Below the pieces are notes generated by a model. The model ran no database searches. It was not told the DNA's origin and saw nothing but the letters and a program-made list of their open reading frames with translations. The position numbers and the translations under genes were made by a program. A stretch of 64,000 nucleotides of DNA from Mustelus asterias. Taxonomy: Eukaryota. Positions within the stretch are counted from its first letter, which is position 1. Each line of letters starts with the position of its first letter. Below are positions 41,025 to 53,319 of this stretch, in pieces. The stretch lies in NCBI RefSeq assembly GCF_964213995.1, contig NC_135808.1, positions 23,188,001-23,252,000 on the forward strand. The letters run 5' to 3'.

Positions 41025-41371
41025 GTGAAAAAATAAATCACATTTATTGTAGAAATTGCAGCAATGTTACAGACTGCAGTAACAGGTGACTGAGTTGGCA
41101 GTGAGTGAACCAGACAGATTCCTAGAATCTGTGTCAACAGGGCAGATCAGAATAGCTTATGAAGTGCAGATCAGAATAGCTTATAAAGTGCAGCTCCAGA
41201 TAGAGTAATTCCTGACAAACCATCGCCACAGTTCCATTTACACAGCGTCACATATGTAGTGTTTAAATGAGTCAGTCGCTGTCATCTCGATGAAATCACA
41301 TCCTTCCTGATTCTCTCATCCACTCCTGCTGCTGATCTTGGGGACTGGTGTCTCTGGGGCACTGGAGAACA
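41025..41371 (-). other. Candidate terminal 3'UTR exon of the class I gene
   Basis: On the minus strand a pyrimidine tract and CAG acceptor end at 41372, AATAAA is at 41043-41048, and a U-rich stretch follows. A donor follows the exon 7 stop, so some downstream exon is expected. Confidence 0.4.
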
Positions 41372-41834
41372 CTGGGGATGAGAAAGAAATATGTCACTAT
41401 AGAGGGAGGCAAACCCAGCAGAGCTGGAACACCCCCCCAACAAAACCCATCAGATCCACCTGACCCTCACAAATAGCAGCAGCCAAATCCATCAGACCCC
41501 TCATGCCTAACACTGCAGAAACCTGGAAGAGTACAGAGAGAAAAGGGGTGAAATTGAAAGAGAAACCAGGAAAGTAAAGAAAGGCATAAAAAATGCTGCC
41601 AAGAAAAAACAAAGAACCTCCAAGGATGCACATGTAGAGAAAAGGATAAGGAAAGAGTAAGGCCTTGTGGAGCCCAATAAGAAGTGCATGTGAGAGGGTG
41701 GGGAATGTGGTGAGGTTGTGAATAAATACATTGCCCCTGTCTTTGGGAAACATGGAGCAATGCTGACATTGCAATGAAGGAAGAAGTGTGTGAATTACTG
41801 CATAAGAGATTACATATTAATGGATTTTACAACT

Positions 41835-43345
41835 TTGAAAGATGGTGAATCACCGGGTTAAAAGAAACAAGGGAGGAAATTGCAGAGGCTCTGACCATCA
41901 GAATCATTCCTCCTGGGCTACATGAGTGTGGAAGAAGATTAAAGGACTGTCAATATCACACCATGGATTGAAAAGGGAAGAAGGGGCAATCTGAGTAATT
42001 AGACACCAGTTAGTGTAACTTCGCTGGTGGGAAAATTATTGAAATCAATTGTGAGGAACAGCATAAACCTTCATTTAGAAAGGCACAGATTAGCATGGAT
42101 TTAAGGGGCGTTCATCTCAGGCTAAACTGATTGAAAATTTGGAAGAGGTGAGAAGGATGGGTTGATGAGGACAGTGAGGTGGATGTGGTCAACATAGATT
42201 TTAATGTTTTAGACAAGGTCCCACATGGCAGGCTGGTCAGAAATATAAAAACACATTGAGATCCAAGAGACAATGACAAATCAGACCCCAAATTAGCTCA
42301 GTGGCAGGAAGCAAAGGGGTAAGGGGGTTTATTGCGACTGGAATGATGTTACCAGTGGGGAATCCATGGGGCCCAGCTCTCACTCCCTCACTTTTTGTGG
42401 TTCATGTGAATGATTTAGATTTAAATGTAGGGAGAATGATGAAGAAGTTTAGAGATTTAGAAATATTGTCCGTATGGGTGACAATGAGGAGGAGAGCTTC
42501 AGACAGCAGGAAGATCGAGATGGACTGGGCAGTTGGGAAGAACAGTGGAAAATGGAATTCAATCCGGAGCAGTGAGAGGTGATGGATTTCAGGAGGAATA
42601 ACAAGGCAAAGGGAATCCCCAATAAATGGGAGGATAATGACGAATGTGGAGGAACAGAGGGACCCAGGAGTGTATGTCCACAGATTGGGAAAGGTGTCAG
42701 GACAGGTTGATAATGTAGTTAAGAAGGTATATTACATGCTTTCCTTTATTAGCCAAGGCACAGAACAGAGTGGTTTTGCTACAACTGCAAATAACACCAG
42801 ATAGACGACAGCTGAAGCATTGCAGACAGTCTGGTCAGCACATTACACAAAAGATGTGATTGTACTGGAGCGAATGCAGAGGAGATTGTTTAACGTGGAC
42901 AGGACTGGAGAATGTTCACTGTGAGGAAAGAGTGGATAGGCTGGAATAGGATTCTGTAGAATAGAGGAGGCCGAGGGGAGATTTAATTGGGGTGGATATA
43001 ATTATGAGGAGCCACGGTAAATAGAGATGACACGTTTCCCTTAGCAGAGGGTCAAAAACCAGGGGCCACAGATTTAAAGTAATTGGTAGAAAGATCGGGG
43101 GGAAATGTGGAAAGAGTTTTTCACCCAGAGGGTGGGAGGGACCCGGAACTCACTGTCTGAAAGGATGGTAGAGGCAGAAACTCACACCACGTAGCACTCA
43201 CACCATGTCGAGTTGAGGAGCTGTGACCTACAGAGCTGCAGACCGAGTACAGGAAGGTGAGATTAGGCTGGAGAGCTCTTCGCGAACAGGCAGGGACATG
43301 ATGAGTTGAATGAGCTTGCTGTCAAACATAAATTTTATATCATTC
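41835..43345 (+). mobile_element. Old degenerate CR1 LINE
   Basis: Recognisable RT-coding remnants (gacaaggtcccacatggcaggctgg, ttcacccagagggtg) without a long ORF. Confidence 0.7.
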
Positions 43346-43883
43346 AACTTTCCACTCATTCAACACCAGCAAAACCCATCAAACCCCAAACAGCAGCAAA
43401 ACCCATCAGAGCTCCAAACACCAGCTAAACCCATCAGACCCCCAAACACCAGCTAAACCCCTAAGATTCACTCCGTTTCCCAAACATCCAGAAAAAGATC
43501 AAACCCATCACAATAAGTTAAATGTTAAATCCTGTGGGAGTGACACAGCCCAGTGACCAACTTCAGGGAAAAGTCTTGGGAATTCCAACTTCCTTAAGGA
43601 AATTGAGCAGCTGAGAGGAGGCTGTCCAGGGTGAGATGTTTCCGGATGTCTCGACACCTCAACACCCACAATGTCTCCACCCTCAGACTGTACAGGAGCA
43701 GCCGTCTCCAGAAGGCCAGTCTCAAAGCTCAGTGTTGGATTGGATGAGCTGCTCTTTAGTGACGATACAGCGAGAGACAGACACTGAGCTCACATCCCAC
43801 CCACCAGATTGTACAGCTAAATCCAGCGGGAATATCCCAGTTAGAAGGATCAACTCCCGATATTTATTCACACAATTCATACC

Positions 43884-43930
43884 TCAGGAACCTGCGGAGG
43901 AGCTGGTTGTGGAATCCCCTTTATCAGAAG
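43884..43930 (-). CDS. MHC class I exon 7, cytoplasmic tail end (TSDKGDSTTSSSAGS*)
   Basis: tttgacag|CTTCTGATAAAGGGGATTCC...GGTTCCTGAG|gtatga. The 48-nt exon (43883-43930) encodes a Ser-rich SD-containing tail with a stop just before the donor, as in other class I genes. Confidence 0.78.
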
Positions 43931-44171
43931 CTGTCAAAGGAAGGAGAGGCATTAAAAATACTGTTGGTCATCAGACAGAATCAGTGCATGAGATATGGAG
44001 AGATAAAGATAGAGAGAGAGAGTGAGAGAAAGGAGAGAGAGAGAGAGAAAGAGAGAAAGAGAAAGCAATTTATAAGTTATAAGTTCATTTATTGGTGTCA
44101 CAAGTAGGCTTACATTAACATTGCAATTAAATTACTGTGAAAATTCCCTCGTTGCCTGTTCGGGTAGATAC

Positions 44172-44507
44172 NNNNNNNNNNNNNNNNNNNNNNNNNNNNN
44201 NNNNNNNNNNNNNNNNNNNNNNNNNNNNNNNNNNNNNNNNNNNNNNNNNNNNNNNNNNNNNNNNNNNNNNNNNNNNNNNNNNNNNNNNNNNNNNNNNNNN
44301 NNNNNNNNNNNNNNNNNNNNNNNNNNNNNNNNNNNNNNNNNNNNNNNNNNNNNNNNNNNNNNNNNNNNNNNNNNNNNNNNNNNNNNNNNNNNNNNNNNNN
44401 NNNNNNNNNNNNNNNNNNNNNNNNNNNNNNNNNNNNNNNNNNNNNNNNNNNNNNNNNNNNNNNNNNNNNNNNNNNNNNNNNNNNNNNNNNNNNNNNNNNN
44501 NNNNNNN
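44172..44507. other. Assembly gap (336 N) in class I intron 6
   Basis: Run of N. Confidence 1.
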
Positions 44508-44593
44508 AGAGAAAGACACACACACACTATTTGACACAGAATCAATGGTGATTCACACAGTTACGCAGAGATGATGTTTGATGATCAGCTTAC

Positions 44594-44626
44594 TATTTGC
44601 AGGATTGTAGTCACTCCTCCCTCTCC
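44594..44626 (-). CDS. MHC class I exon 6, cytoplasmic tail (GRGRSDYNPAN in phase 1)
   Basis: ttttacag|GGAGAGGGAGGAGTGACTACAATCCTGCAAATA|gtaag. This 33-nt exon carries the YxxA motif typical of class I exon 6. Confidence 0.8.
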
Positions 44627-44739
44627 CTGTAAAACAAGGAATGTTCAGTGAGTGACGAGACTGAGAGAAAATCAGAGACAGAGGCTGGAACTCTCGCTCG
44701 CTCTGAGCCCCTACAACACAATTCTGAAATCCTCACTCT

Positions 44740-44912
44740 CACCCTGACCGGGACCCTCACTCCCACAGTGAACCGGGACCCTCACTCCCCCTCTGACCCG
44801 GGACCCTGACTCCCCTCTGACCCGGGGCCCTGACTCCCACACTGACTGAAGACCCTCACTCCCACACTGACTGAAGACCCTCACTCCCGCACTGACCCGG
44901 GACCCTCACAGA
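44740..44912. repeat. ~24-bp minisatellite in class I intron 5
   Basis: Unit ctgacccgggaccctcactccc(cac), about 7 copies. Confidence 0.85.
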
Positions 44913-45139
44913 TACCCTGAACTCGTCATTCAATCTGAGACCCTTCCCACAATTCACAGACACTCCCCCTTTATCTTGAGCCCTTTACCCTCCCTATCCC
45001 AATCCTGCGACTCTCCCACCCACTCTGTGCTCCCCCCCACACCAACCTGAGACCCACAGCCTGAGCCCCCCCACCCTGGAATACTCTCCCACAATCCCTC
45101 CCCCCAGTGAGGAGCTGCTCTTTTCCCTCCAATTCCTAC

Positions 45140-45233
45140 CTTTCTTGTTGTAGATGAATGATGAGAGCGATGAGCACGAGGACCCCGACCACAATCCCGA
45201 CAGTAACAGCAACCTGGGAGCGAGACTTGGGTT
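45140..45233 (-). CDS. MHC class I exon 5, connecting peptide and transmembrane segment, apparently frameshifted (94 nt)
   Basis: Acceptor aacag|AA follows a long pyrimidine tract. It reads EPKSRSQVAVTVGIVVGVLVLIALII then HLQQE. The expected FIYNKK(G) stop-transfer end lies in another frame just before donor AG|GTAGG. Confidence 0.85.
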
Positions 45234-45709
45234 CTGTTCGAGAGAGAATCAGAGAGACTGAGTGAATCAGGAAGAGGGAAAAGTGAGAATCAGAGAGAGA
45301 GAGAGAATGTGAGAGGAAGAGAGGAGAGAGAATGAGAGAGGAAGAGAGGAGAGAGAACCTGAGAATGATGGAGAGAGAGTGAATTAGAGAGCGAGAGAGA
45401 CAATCAGAAAACATAGAATACCTGACTCAGAACCTGGCCATTTGGCCCATCTAGTTGATGCTGGTGTTTATGCTCCATTTGATCCTCCTCCCATCATCCC
45501 TCATCGAAACTGACCATCTTAACTATATATTTCCTCCTCATTCATTCCCCTTAAACTATACTGTTCACTTCAACCACTCCCTGTGGCAGCGAGCTCCACA
45601 TTCACATCACTCTTTGAGTAAAGAAGTTTCTCTTGAATTCCCTATTGGGTTTCTTGGTGACCATCTTGTATTGCTGACCCCGAGTTACATTCTTCCCACA
45701 AGACCATCA

Positions 45710-46032
45710 TCATAGAAACCCTACAGTGCAGAAGGAGGCCATTCGGCCCATCGAGTCTGCACCGACCACAATCCCACCCAGGACCTACCCCCACATACTT
45801 ACCCACTAATCCCTCTAACTACGCATCTCAGGGACAATTTTTAACCTGGCCAATCAACCTAACCTGCACATCTTTGGACTGTGGGAGGAAACTGGAGCAC
45901 CCAGAGGAAACCCACGCAGACACGAGGAGAATGTGCAAACTCCACACAGACAGTGACCCGAGCCGGGAATCGAACCCAGGATCCTGGAGCTGTGAAGCAG
46001 CAGTGCTAACCACTGTGCTACCGTGCCGCCCA
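45710..46032 (-). mobile_element. tRNA-derived SINE (HE1-like)
   Basis: Near-identical to 6597-6942. Confidence 0.88.
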
Positions 46033-46034
46033 AG

Positions 46035-47150
46035 AGGAAACATTCTTTCTGTGTCCAGTCTATAAAAACCTTTCCTAATTTTAAATCTTCTATTAGGTCA
46101 ACCCTCAGCCCTCTGTTTTCCTGAGAGCAGAGACCCAGCCAGTCAATCCTTCACTGAGATCTCCACCCACTCATTCCTTGAATCATCTCTGTAAATCTTC
46201 TCTATGTCCTCTCCTGTGAGTAAAAACCCTTCTGTAAAATGGTGACTGGAACTGCACACAGTCTGTAAATGTGGTCTAATCATGATTTGATAACAGTTTA
46301 GCAATAACTTCCGTGCTTTACAATTCTATCCCTCCAGAAATAAAGACTGATTTTCCATTTATTTTGTTCATGGCCTTGCCTAACCTGTTGCGGATTGGTT
46401 TAGCTTAAACAGAAATCCCTTTGTTCCTCAACCCCATCCAGCCCGGCACCTCCCAAGTAATAAGTGACCTCCCTATTCACCCCTAATAGAAAACTACCTC
46501 ATGTTTATCTGTGCTGAACTCCATTCACCAATTATTTGCCCATTCTACAAGTTTATTAATGTTCTATTATTTTGTAGCATATCGAATGATTCATCCCAAT
46601 TTGGTGACCTGAGCAAATTGAGAAATTGTGTTTCGATTCCAATGTCCAAATAAGTGAGTGTAAAGTGTGAACAGCGGTGATTCCAGCATTGATCACTGCG
46701 GAACACCATTTCCCACCTTCTGTCACTCCTGGTGAACCTTCCTTGCACTCTCTCCAAAGCTTCTACGTCCTTCCGATAGGGTGGTGTCCAGAACAGCACA
46801 AAATACTCCAAATACGGCCTAATCAAGGTTTTATATGGCTGCAACATGATTTCCCAACTCTTGGACTCAATGCCCCAGCTGATAAAGGCAAGCATGCCAA
46901 ATGATTTCTTAATCACCTTGGCCATTTGTGTTGCCACTTTTAGGTAACTGTGGACCTGCACACCCAGATCCCTCTGTATGTTAATGTACCGAAGAGTTCT
47001 ACTATTTACAGTATAATTCACACCTACATTTGAACCTCCAAAATGCATCACCTCGGATCAATCCAGATTAAACTCCATCTCCCATTTTTGTGCCCAAGTC
47101 TCCAATCTATCTATATCCTGTTGTATCCTCTGACAATCCCCGACACTATC
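46035..47150 (-). mobile_element. Degenerate CR1 LINE fragments
   Basis: ORF 46545-47051 contains QRDLGVQVH and RPYLEY...ERVQ. Confidence 0.75.
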
Positions 47151-47394
47151 ACTGTCAATTGTCAGAAAAAAAATCATCTGGGTTCAATAATGTCCTTTGG
47201 GAAAATAATCTGCCGTCCTTACCTGGTCTGGCCTACATGTCACTTCAGATCCACAGCAATGTGGTTGACTCTCAAATGCCCTCCGGACAAGGGCAACTAG
47301 GGGTGGGCAATAAATGCTGGCCAGTCAGCAACACCCACGTCCCACAAATGAATTTTTAAAATTTAGCAAGGACTGGTCCTTTTTAAGTCCACGG

Positions 47395-50280
47395 TCAAAT
47401 CTTTTTTTGTGGCACTGGGAGAGTCTCGAAAAAAAAATCATTGTCATTACAGACTCTTCCACTGGGGATCCCACCGATCGGATATCTGCTAACGATAGTC
47501 GGCTCAAAGCCTCCTGGACAGTGTTCCAATTGGTAATTGTAGGCGGTCAGTAATAAAGCCCACTGCTGGATTCGGGCTGATGTTATGGGCAACACTGCCT
47601 TGTCCTCTTTAAACAGTCCCAGGAGTGGCTTGTGGTCTGTGTCTTAATGACAAATTTCTGCCCATAATGGAGCTGGTGGAACCTTTTCACTCCTAATATC
47701 ACCGCCAACCCTTCTTTTTCGACATAGGCTTTTTTGCAATAGTCAAGGTCCTGGGAGCATAAGCAATTCCACTCTGTTTGGCTACCGATGTGCCAAAGCC
47801 ACCTTGAAGCCATACAAGGATGTGTCGCAGGTCAGTAATAGTTCTTTCCTGGGATCATAATGCGCCAGAATATTAAAAGAGGAAAGTTGTTGCTTTACTT
47901 TATTGAAAGCCAAGGATTGACTGGAAGACGACTCTCAAGGCTGATCTTTTTTTAGTAGGTGGTGTAATGGAGCCAGGATGGAGGCAAGATTGGGTTTAAA
48001 TTTCCCAAATAGGTTATTGTTATGAAGCAGAGGTTGATCCCCCTCTGAGAACTAAGGCCCAATCACTCAAAGAGGAGCACCTCGCCATAATCTGTAAAAG
48101 TGAGTGTGAAGTGGTACAATCTGCTCTTCAGCAACTTTTACTGGTTCAATCAAAATAACTCCCTGACACACACTCTCAAAAATCAACAAGTAACAATTTA
48201 TTTATCTAACTAACAGTGAACAAGTTAACTAAACTATTAACAAACTGAATAAAACGTTTCAAATGGAACGCTGTTCAGATAAATACAATTCCCACTTATT
48301 AACAAAGTTTTTGTGTCTTCCGGAATATTTGGGCTTTCTCTGTTGATTCTTCTGCCTGGAACTTCTTTCTTCTTTGTACCTTTGCTATTGAGATGGAGCT
48401 TTCTCTTGGGGGAACCTGGATTACACATTTTTTCCCTTCGTAGGCGTACACCTGCCTTGAAAAATTGACTGAGAACTTCCTCAAGGTTCTTTAAGTGTTC
48501 CTTTTTTTTCCAGTTAAGAGGATGTCATCCAGATATATAGCAACCTGAGGGAGGCTTTGCAAAATGTTCTCCATCGTTCGCTGGAAGGTTGAGCAGGGTG
48601 ACTATACCCCAAATGGCAGACAAGTGGATCGCTCAGGGCCCTTCTGAGGATGAATTGTTGAATATCTCTGGGAATCGTCATCTAGTTGTAATTGTAAGTA
48701 AGCGTGACTCATATCAAGTTTCACAAACAAGTGTCATCCTTCCAACCAGCTGCAAGAAACAGTTTACCGTTTGTTTAGGATCCCCGCAAACATGGAATGA
48801 TCCATCTGGCTTCAAAATTGGTAAGACTGGTGCTGCCCATTCCACAAATTGGACTGGTTTGATGATCCCTTCACGTTCCAGTCTTTGGATTTCTGCTTCA
48901 ACTTTTACCCGTAAGTCAAATGGCGCTGGGCGGGCCTTGCAAAATTGTGGAATCACTTCCTTGTCAACAGGTAAGGTCGCCTTGGCTCCTTTGATTGTCC
49001 CAAGACCTTCCTCGAAAGCTTTAGCGTACTTAGGCAGGACTTCACTTCGGCAGCCTTTCTCTGGCTGAAGATGTTGAGCCAAGGTGGATTTCTTGCAACC
49101 AATTTCACACCATTAGGCTTCCCCATGCCCTCACTACAATCATTGGTAACCGAACCAGCTGCCTTTCATGGGAGACAGGGTCAGAGGTTCCACTCAAAAT
49201 TCAGAAAGGTTCCCCGATACAGGTTCCCTATCTTGCTGAGGTCTTCAGTAACAATAAACACTCGAGTCCATAGTGAATTTTATGGAACGCTGATTCTCTG
49301 AACACTGATACTGCCGCACCGATAGCAACCTCCATTAGTACCAGATGTCCACTTAACCAGACGTTAATCTTGATTTGATCTGATTTGGACGTCGATATGC
49401 AATTTAATTGCTCTAAATCAGATGTAGGTGGATCTTCCCAGGGTGTGAACACTCCTGGATACCGGGCTGCAAGTTGCTTTACTAATTTTAAGTCCTGTAG
49501 GACACCTTTGCTGTTGCTATCAGGTAGGACTTGTGACTGTTTGGTCGAAGTTTGGCTTTGCTTTGGGCAGACCTGGAGTTACGTGTATCTGGATACTTCC
49601 TGAGGGAGGCTATGTAATTGCCTGCTCTCAAATAGTGGTCCCTGAACTCAGCCGGACTGGCGTGGGTGTCCACTTCGGGATAGGTTGCAACTCATATGTT
49701 CCACATGCAGCATTTTCCAATGGTAAAACCTGCTGTAGCACCTGTTTGAAGTCCAGTTGTGCTTCAGCTAATAGGCATTCTTGAATAGTCACATTATTAA
49801 TACCGCACACCAGACAGTCTCTAAGCATCTTAAGAGTTAAAATAAATTCACATCCTTTCGTCAGTTGTCTTAACCTAGTTACGAAACCCGTAACAGATTG
49901 TTTAGTATAAACAATACTGTTTCAAAATTAGAGGTGGCTTGGGGTTGTAGCATTCTCCAACTACCTCAGGCAATTCTTGAAAGGTTTTGGTATCTGGTGC
50001 CTCAGGGAAAGTTTAACTCCAAATGACAGCAAACGCTCAAGCACCACAGCATTCACAGCACCCTTTGTTTTTCATCTGCCATAATGTCATTTGCCCGAAA
50101 AAAATAATGCATGTGATCCACACCTTGGGCCCAGTTCTCGACAGCAGGGTTGAACGAGACTAGTTTTCCAAACAAAGGAATGATGCAGAAGAATGGCTTA
50201 TCCCAACTTCGGCCAAATTTTACAAGTCCCATCAGGGTCGTCACTGAAATAACTCCCACGAGGCTGGTGTCCCTTCACCA
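47395..50280 (-). mobile_element. Degenerate Gypsy internal region (gag-pol remnants) in class I intron 4
   Basis: Fragments LRDCLVCGINN (gag), EIQRLEREGIIKPVQFVEWAAP (RT), EKEGLAVILGVKRFHQ and ARIQQWALLL (RNase H), with many stops and frameshifts. Confidence 0.85.
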
Positions 50281-50299
50281 AATTTAGATTCATTAACAT

Positions 50300-51482
50300 A
50301 GCGTCATAGAGTCATAGAGGTTTACAGCATGGAAACAGGCCCTTCGGCCCAACTTGTCCATGCCGCCCCTTTTTAAAAAATCTCCTAAGCTCATCCCAAT
50401 TGTCCACATTTGGCCCATATCCCGCTATACCCATCGTACCTATGTAACTATCTAAATGCTTTTTAAAATACAAAATTGTACCCGCCTGTATACTACCTCT
50501 GGCAGCTTGTTCCAGACACTCACCACCCTCTGTGTGAAAACATTGCCCCTCTGGACACTTTTGTATCTCTCCCCGCTCACCTTAAACCTATGCCCTCTAG
50601 TTTTAGATTCCCCTACATTTGGGAAAAGATATTGACTATCAACCTTGTCTCTGCCCCTCATTATTTTATAGACTCTATAAGATCACCCCTCAGCCTCCTA
50701 CGCTCCAGAGAAAAAAGTCCCAGTCTATCCAAACTCTCCTTATAACTCAATCCATCAAGTCCTGGTAGCATCCTAGTAAATCTTTTCTGCACGCTTTCTA
50801 GTTTCATAATATCCTTTCTATAATAGGGTGACCAGAATTGCACACAGTATTCCAAGTGTGGCCTTACCAATGTCTTATGTAACTTCAACAAGACATTCCA
50901 ACTCCTGTATTCAATGTTCTGACCGATGAAACCAAGCATGCCGAATGCTTTCTTCACCACTCTGTCGACCTGTGACTCCACTTTCAAGGAGCTATGAACA
51001 TGTACCCCAAGATCACTTTGTTCTGTAACTCTCCCCAATGCCCTACCATTAACTGAGTAAGTCCTGCCCTGGTTCAATCTACCAAAATGCACCAGCTTGC
51101 ATTTGTATAAATTAAACACCATCTGCCATTCGTCAGCCCACTGGCCCAATTGATGAAGATCCCGTTGCAATTGGAGATAACTTTCTTCACTGTCCACTAT
51201 GCCACCAATCTTCATGTCATCTGCAAACTTACGAACCACGCCTCCTATATTCTCATCCAAATCATTAATATCAATGACAAATAACAGTGGACCCAGCACT
51301 GATCCCTGAGGCACACCGCTGGTCACAGGCCTCCAGTTTGAAAAACAATTCTCTACAACCATCCTCTGGCTTCTGTCAAGAAGCCAATTTTGTATCCATT
51401 TAGATACCTCACCCCAGATCCCGTGAGATTTAACCTTATGCAATAACCTACCATGCGGTACCTTGTCAAAGGCCTTTGTAAG
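50300..51482 (-). mobile_element. CR1-clade LINE 3' fragment in class I intron 4
   Basis: ORF 50661-51497 has KAFDKVPH, GVPQGSVLGP and FADD; tail (actctatg)n. Confidence 0.93.
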
Positions 51483-51522
51483 CAACAAAGTAAGCAACTC
51501 TCAGACAGGTACTTCCTCATAC

Positions 51523-51830
51523 TGGTGGCACAGTGGTTAGCACTGCTGCCTAACAGCACCAGAGACCTGGGTTCAATTACCGCTTGGGTCACTGTCTGTG
51601 CAGAGTCTGCACATTCTCCCCGTGTCTGTGTGGGTTTCCTCTACGTGCTCCGCTTTCCTCCCACAGTCCAAACGTTGTGCTGGTTAGGTGCATTAGAAAT
51701 GCTAAATTCTCCCTCAGTATACCCGAACAGGTGCCGGAATGTGGCGACTCGGGGATTTTCACAGTAACTTCATTGCAGTGTTAATGTAAGCCTACTTGTA
51801 ACACTAATAAATAAACTTCAAACTTTAAAC
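51523..51830 (+). mobile_element. tRNA-derived SINE (alternative-tail type)
   Basis: ggtggcacagtggttagcactgctgcc...gggttcaatt...aataaataaactt. Confidence 0.8.
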
Positions 51831-52579
51831 CCAGAGTGCTAGTAACGCTGACACTCCACATTATGAACACATGCAGGGCTCCCTGATTGGACAATCCATT
51901 ACTGGCTTAATTTGGGAGCGAGTATTCTAAGAGGTCCACATCGTGGGCCTTGTTAAAGTCACTGCAGGTGGACCATCCTATAATCCATCAACCTCCCCTT
52001 GAAAGAAACCTTCCATTAGACTGCTCATTCTGGACACATGTAAAACCCTCACATTTTTTTTATTGTGATCGGGCCCTGAACCCTCTTCCTTCTCCTTATC
52101 CTCCGTTCACTGTGTGAGTGCAGAGGGGTCAATGTTGTGAAACTTTTCTCATGTGTGTATTTTCATCTTACCTCAGGTTTACTGTGCAAGTTATTCACAG
52201 AGAATAGGAACACTCCAAATTTATGGGTTGGGGAAAAGATGCCACCATTTATAAAGAGGGAGCTCAGAATTTAAAACAAAACTGACTGTTAGTGGACGAG
52301 TCGTGAGGGGGGAAATCAGGGCAGTTCATACTGACAACCCCCCACCGCCTGTAACACAGGATTCACTGGGTCCTGCCATATTGTAATATCCCAGGATAAA
52401 CTGGGCCCATTCGTACTATAATATCCCAGGAGACAATGGGGCCTGTGGCACAGTAAAATCCCAGTAATCCCAATTCCTGTCCCCAAATGGTGGCACCATG
52501 GTATATAATGTATTGAAGATTAATATATCTTTCCCTCGCTCTGTATCCTGGGCCTCAGGCTGTCAGAGAATCAGAGAAA

Positions 52580-52890
52580 TATAGAATCCATTCAGTACAG
52601 AAAGAAAGATGCCATTCAGCCCATCGAGCCTGCACAAACAACAATCCCACCCAGGCTCTATCCACGTGCCCCCATGTGTTTACCCTGCTAATCCCCCTGA
52701 CACTAACAGGCAATTTAGCATGGCCACTCTACCGAACCTGCACATCTTTGGACTGCGAGAGGAACCGGAGAACCTAGAGGAAACCCATGCAGGCACGGGG
52801 AGAATGTGCAAACTCCACATAGACAGCGGCCCAGGGCTGGAATTGAACCCGGATCCCTGGCACTGTGAGTCAGCAGCGCTAATCACTGGG
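52580..52890 (-). mobile_element. tRNA-derived SINE
   Basis: HE1-like body and tail, diverged. Confidence 0.7.
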
Positions 52891-52990
52891 CCTCAAAGCC
52901 CTGTCCTCGGCTGACAGCTCAGCACCGACCCTCACTCCTGTGATCCTGGTCTGAGGCTGGGTCCTCTCTAACAGTGAGAAACAATCTTAC

Positions 52991-53254
52991 CGTAAATCAC
53001 CACCAGTGTCTCCTTCATCCCGCTGTGTTCCACCCGACAGGAATACTCGGCCTGGTCCTCTGGATCAAACTCTACCCATTTCCGGATCTGGTAGGTGCTG
53101 TCGTGATTGGGTAAGATCCCACTGGACAGAGTCTCATCAATCACCACTCCATCTCTCCACAGATTCACCTCGATGTCTTGAGGGTAAAACCCGGTGACGA
53201 CACAGGACAGCCGGTTAGAATCACCCAGACGGGTAAAGGACACGACGGGGGAAA
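52991..53254 (-). CDS. MHC class I heavy chain exon 4, alpha3 Ig C1 domain
   Basis: Acceptor ctctcag|TT. Protein LSCVVTGFYPQDIEVNLWR...LPNHDSTYQIRK...YSCRVEHS carries C1-set motifs. Length 264 nt, donor G|GTAAGA. Confidence 0.96.
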
Positions 53255-53319
53255 CTGAGAGAGAAAGAAAGAGGAGTCAGTACAGGAACCTCGAGATAGA
53301 GAGTCCCGGCATCACCCCC

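Noticed and set aside
44110-44574. ORFs full of X
   Set aside because: They are artefacts of the N gap.
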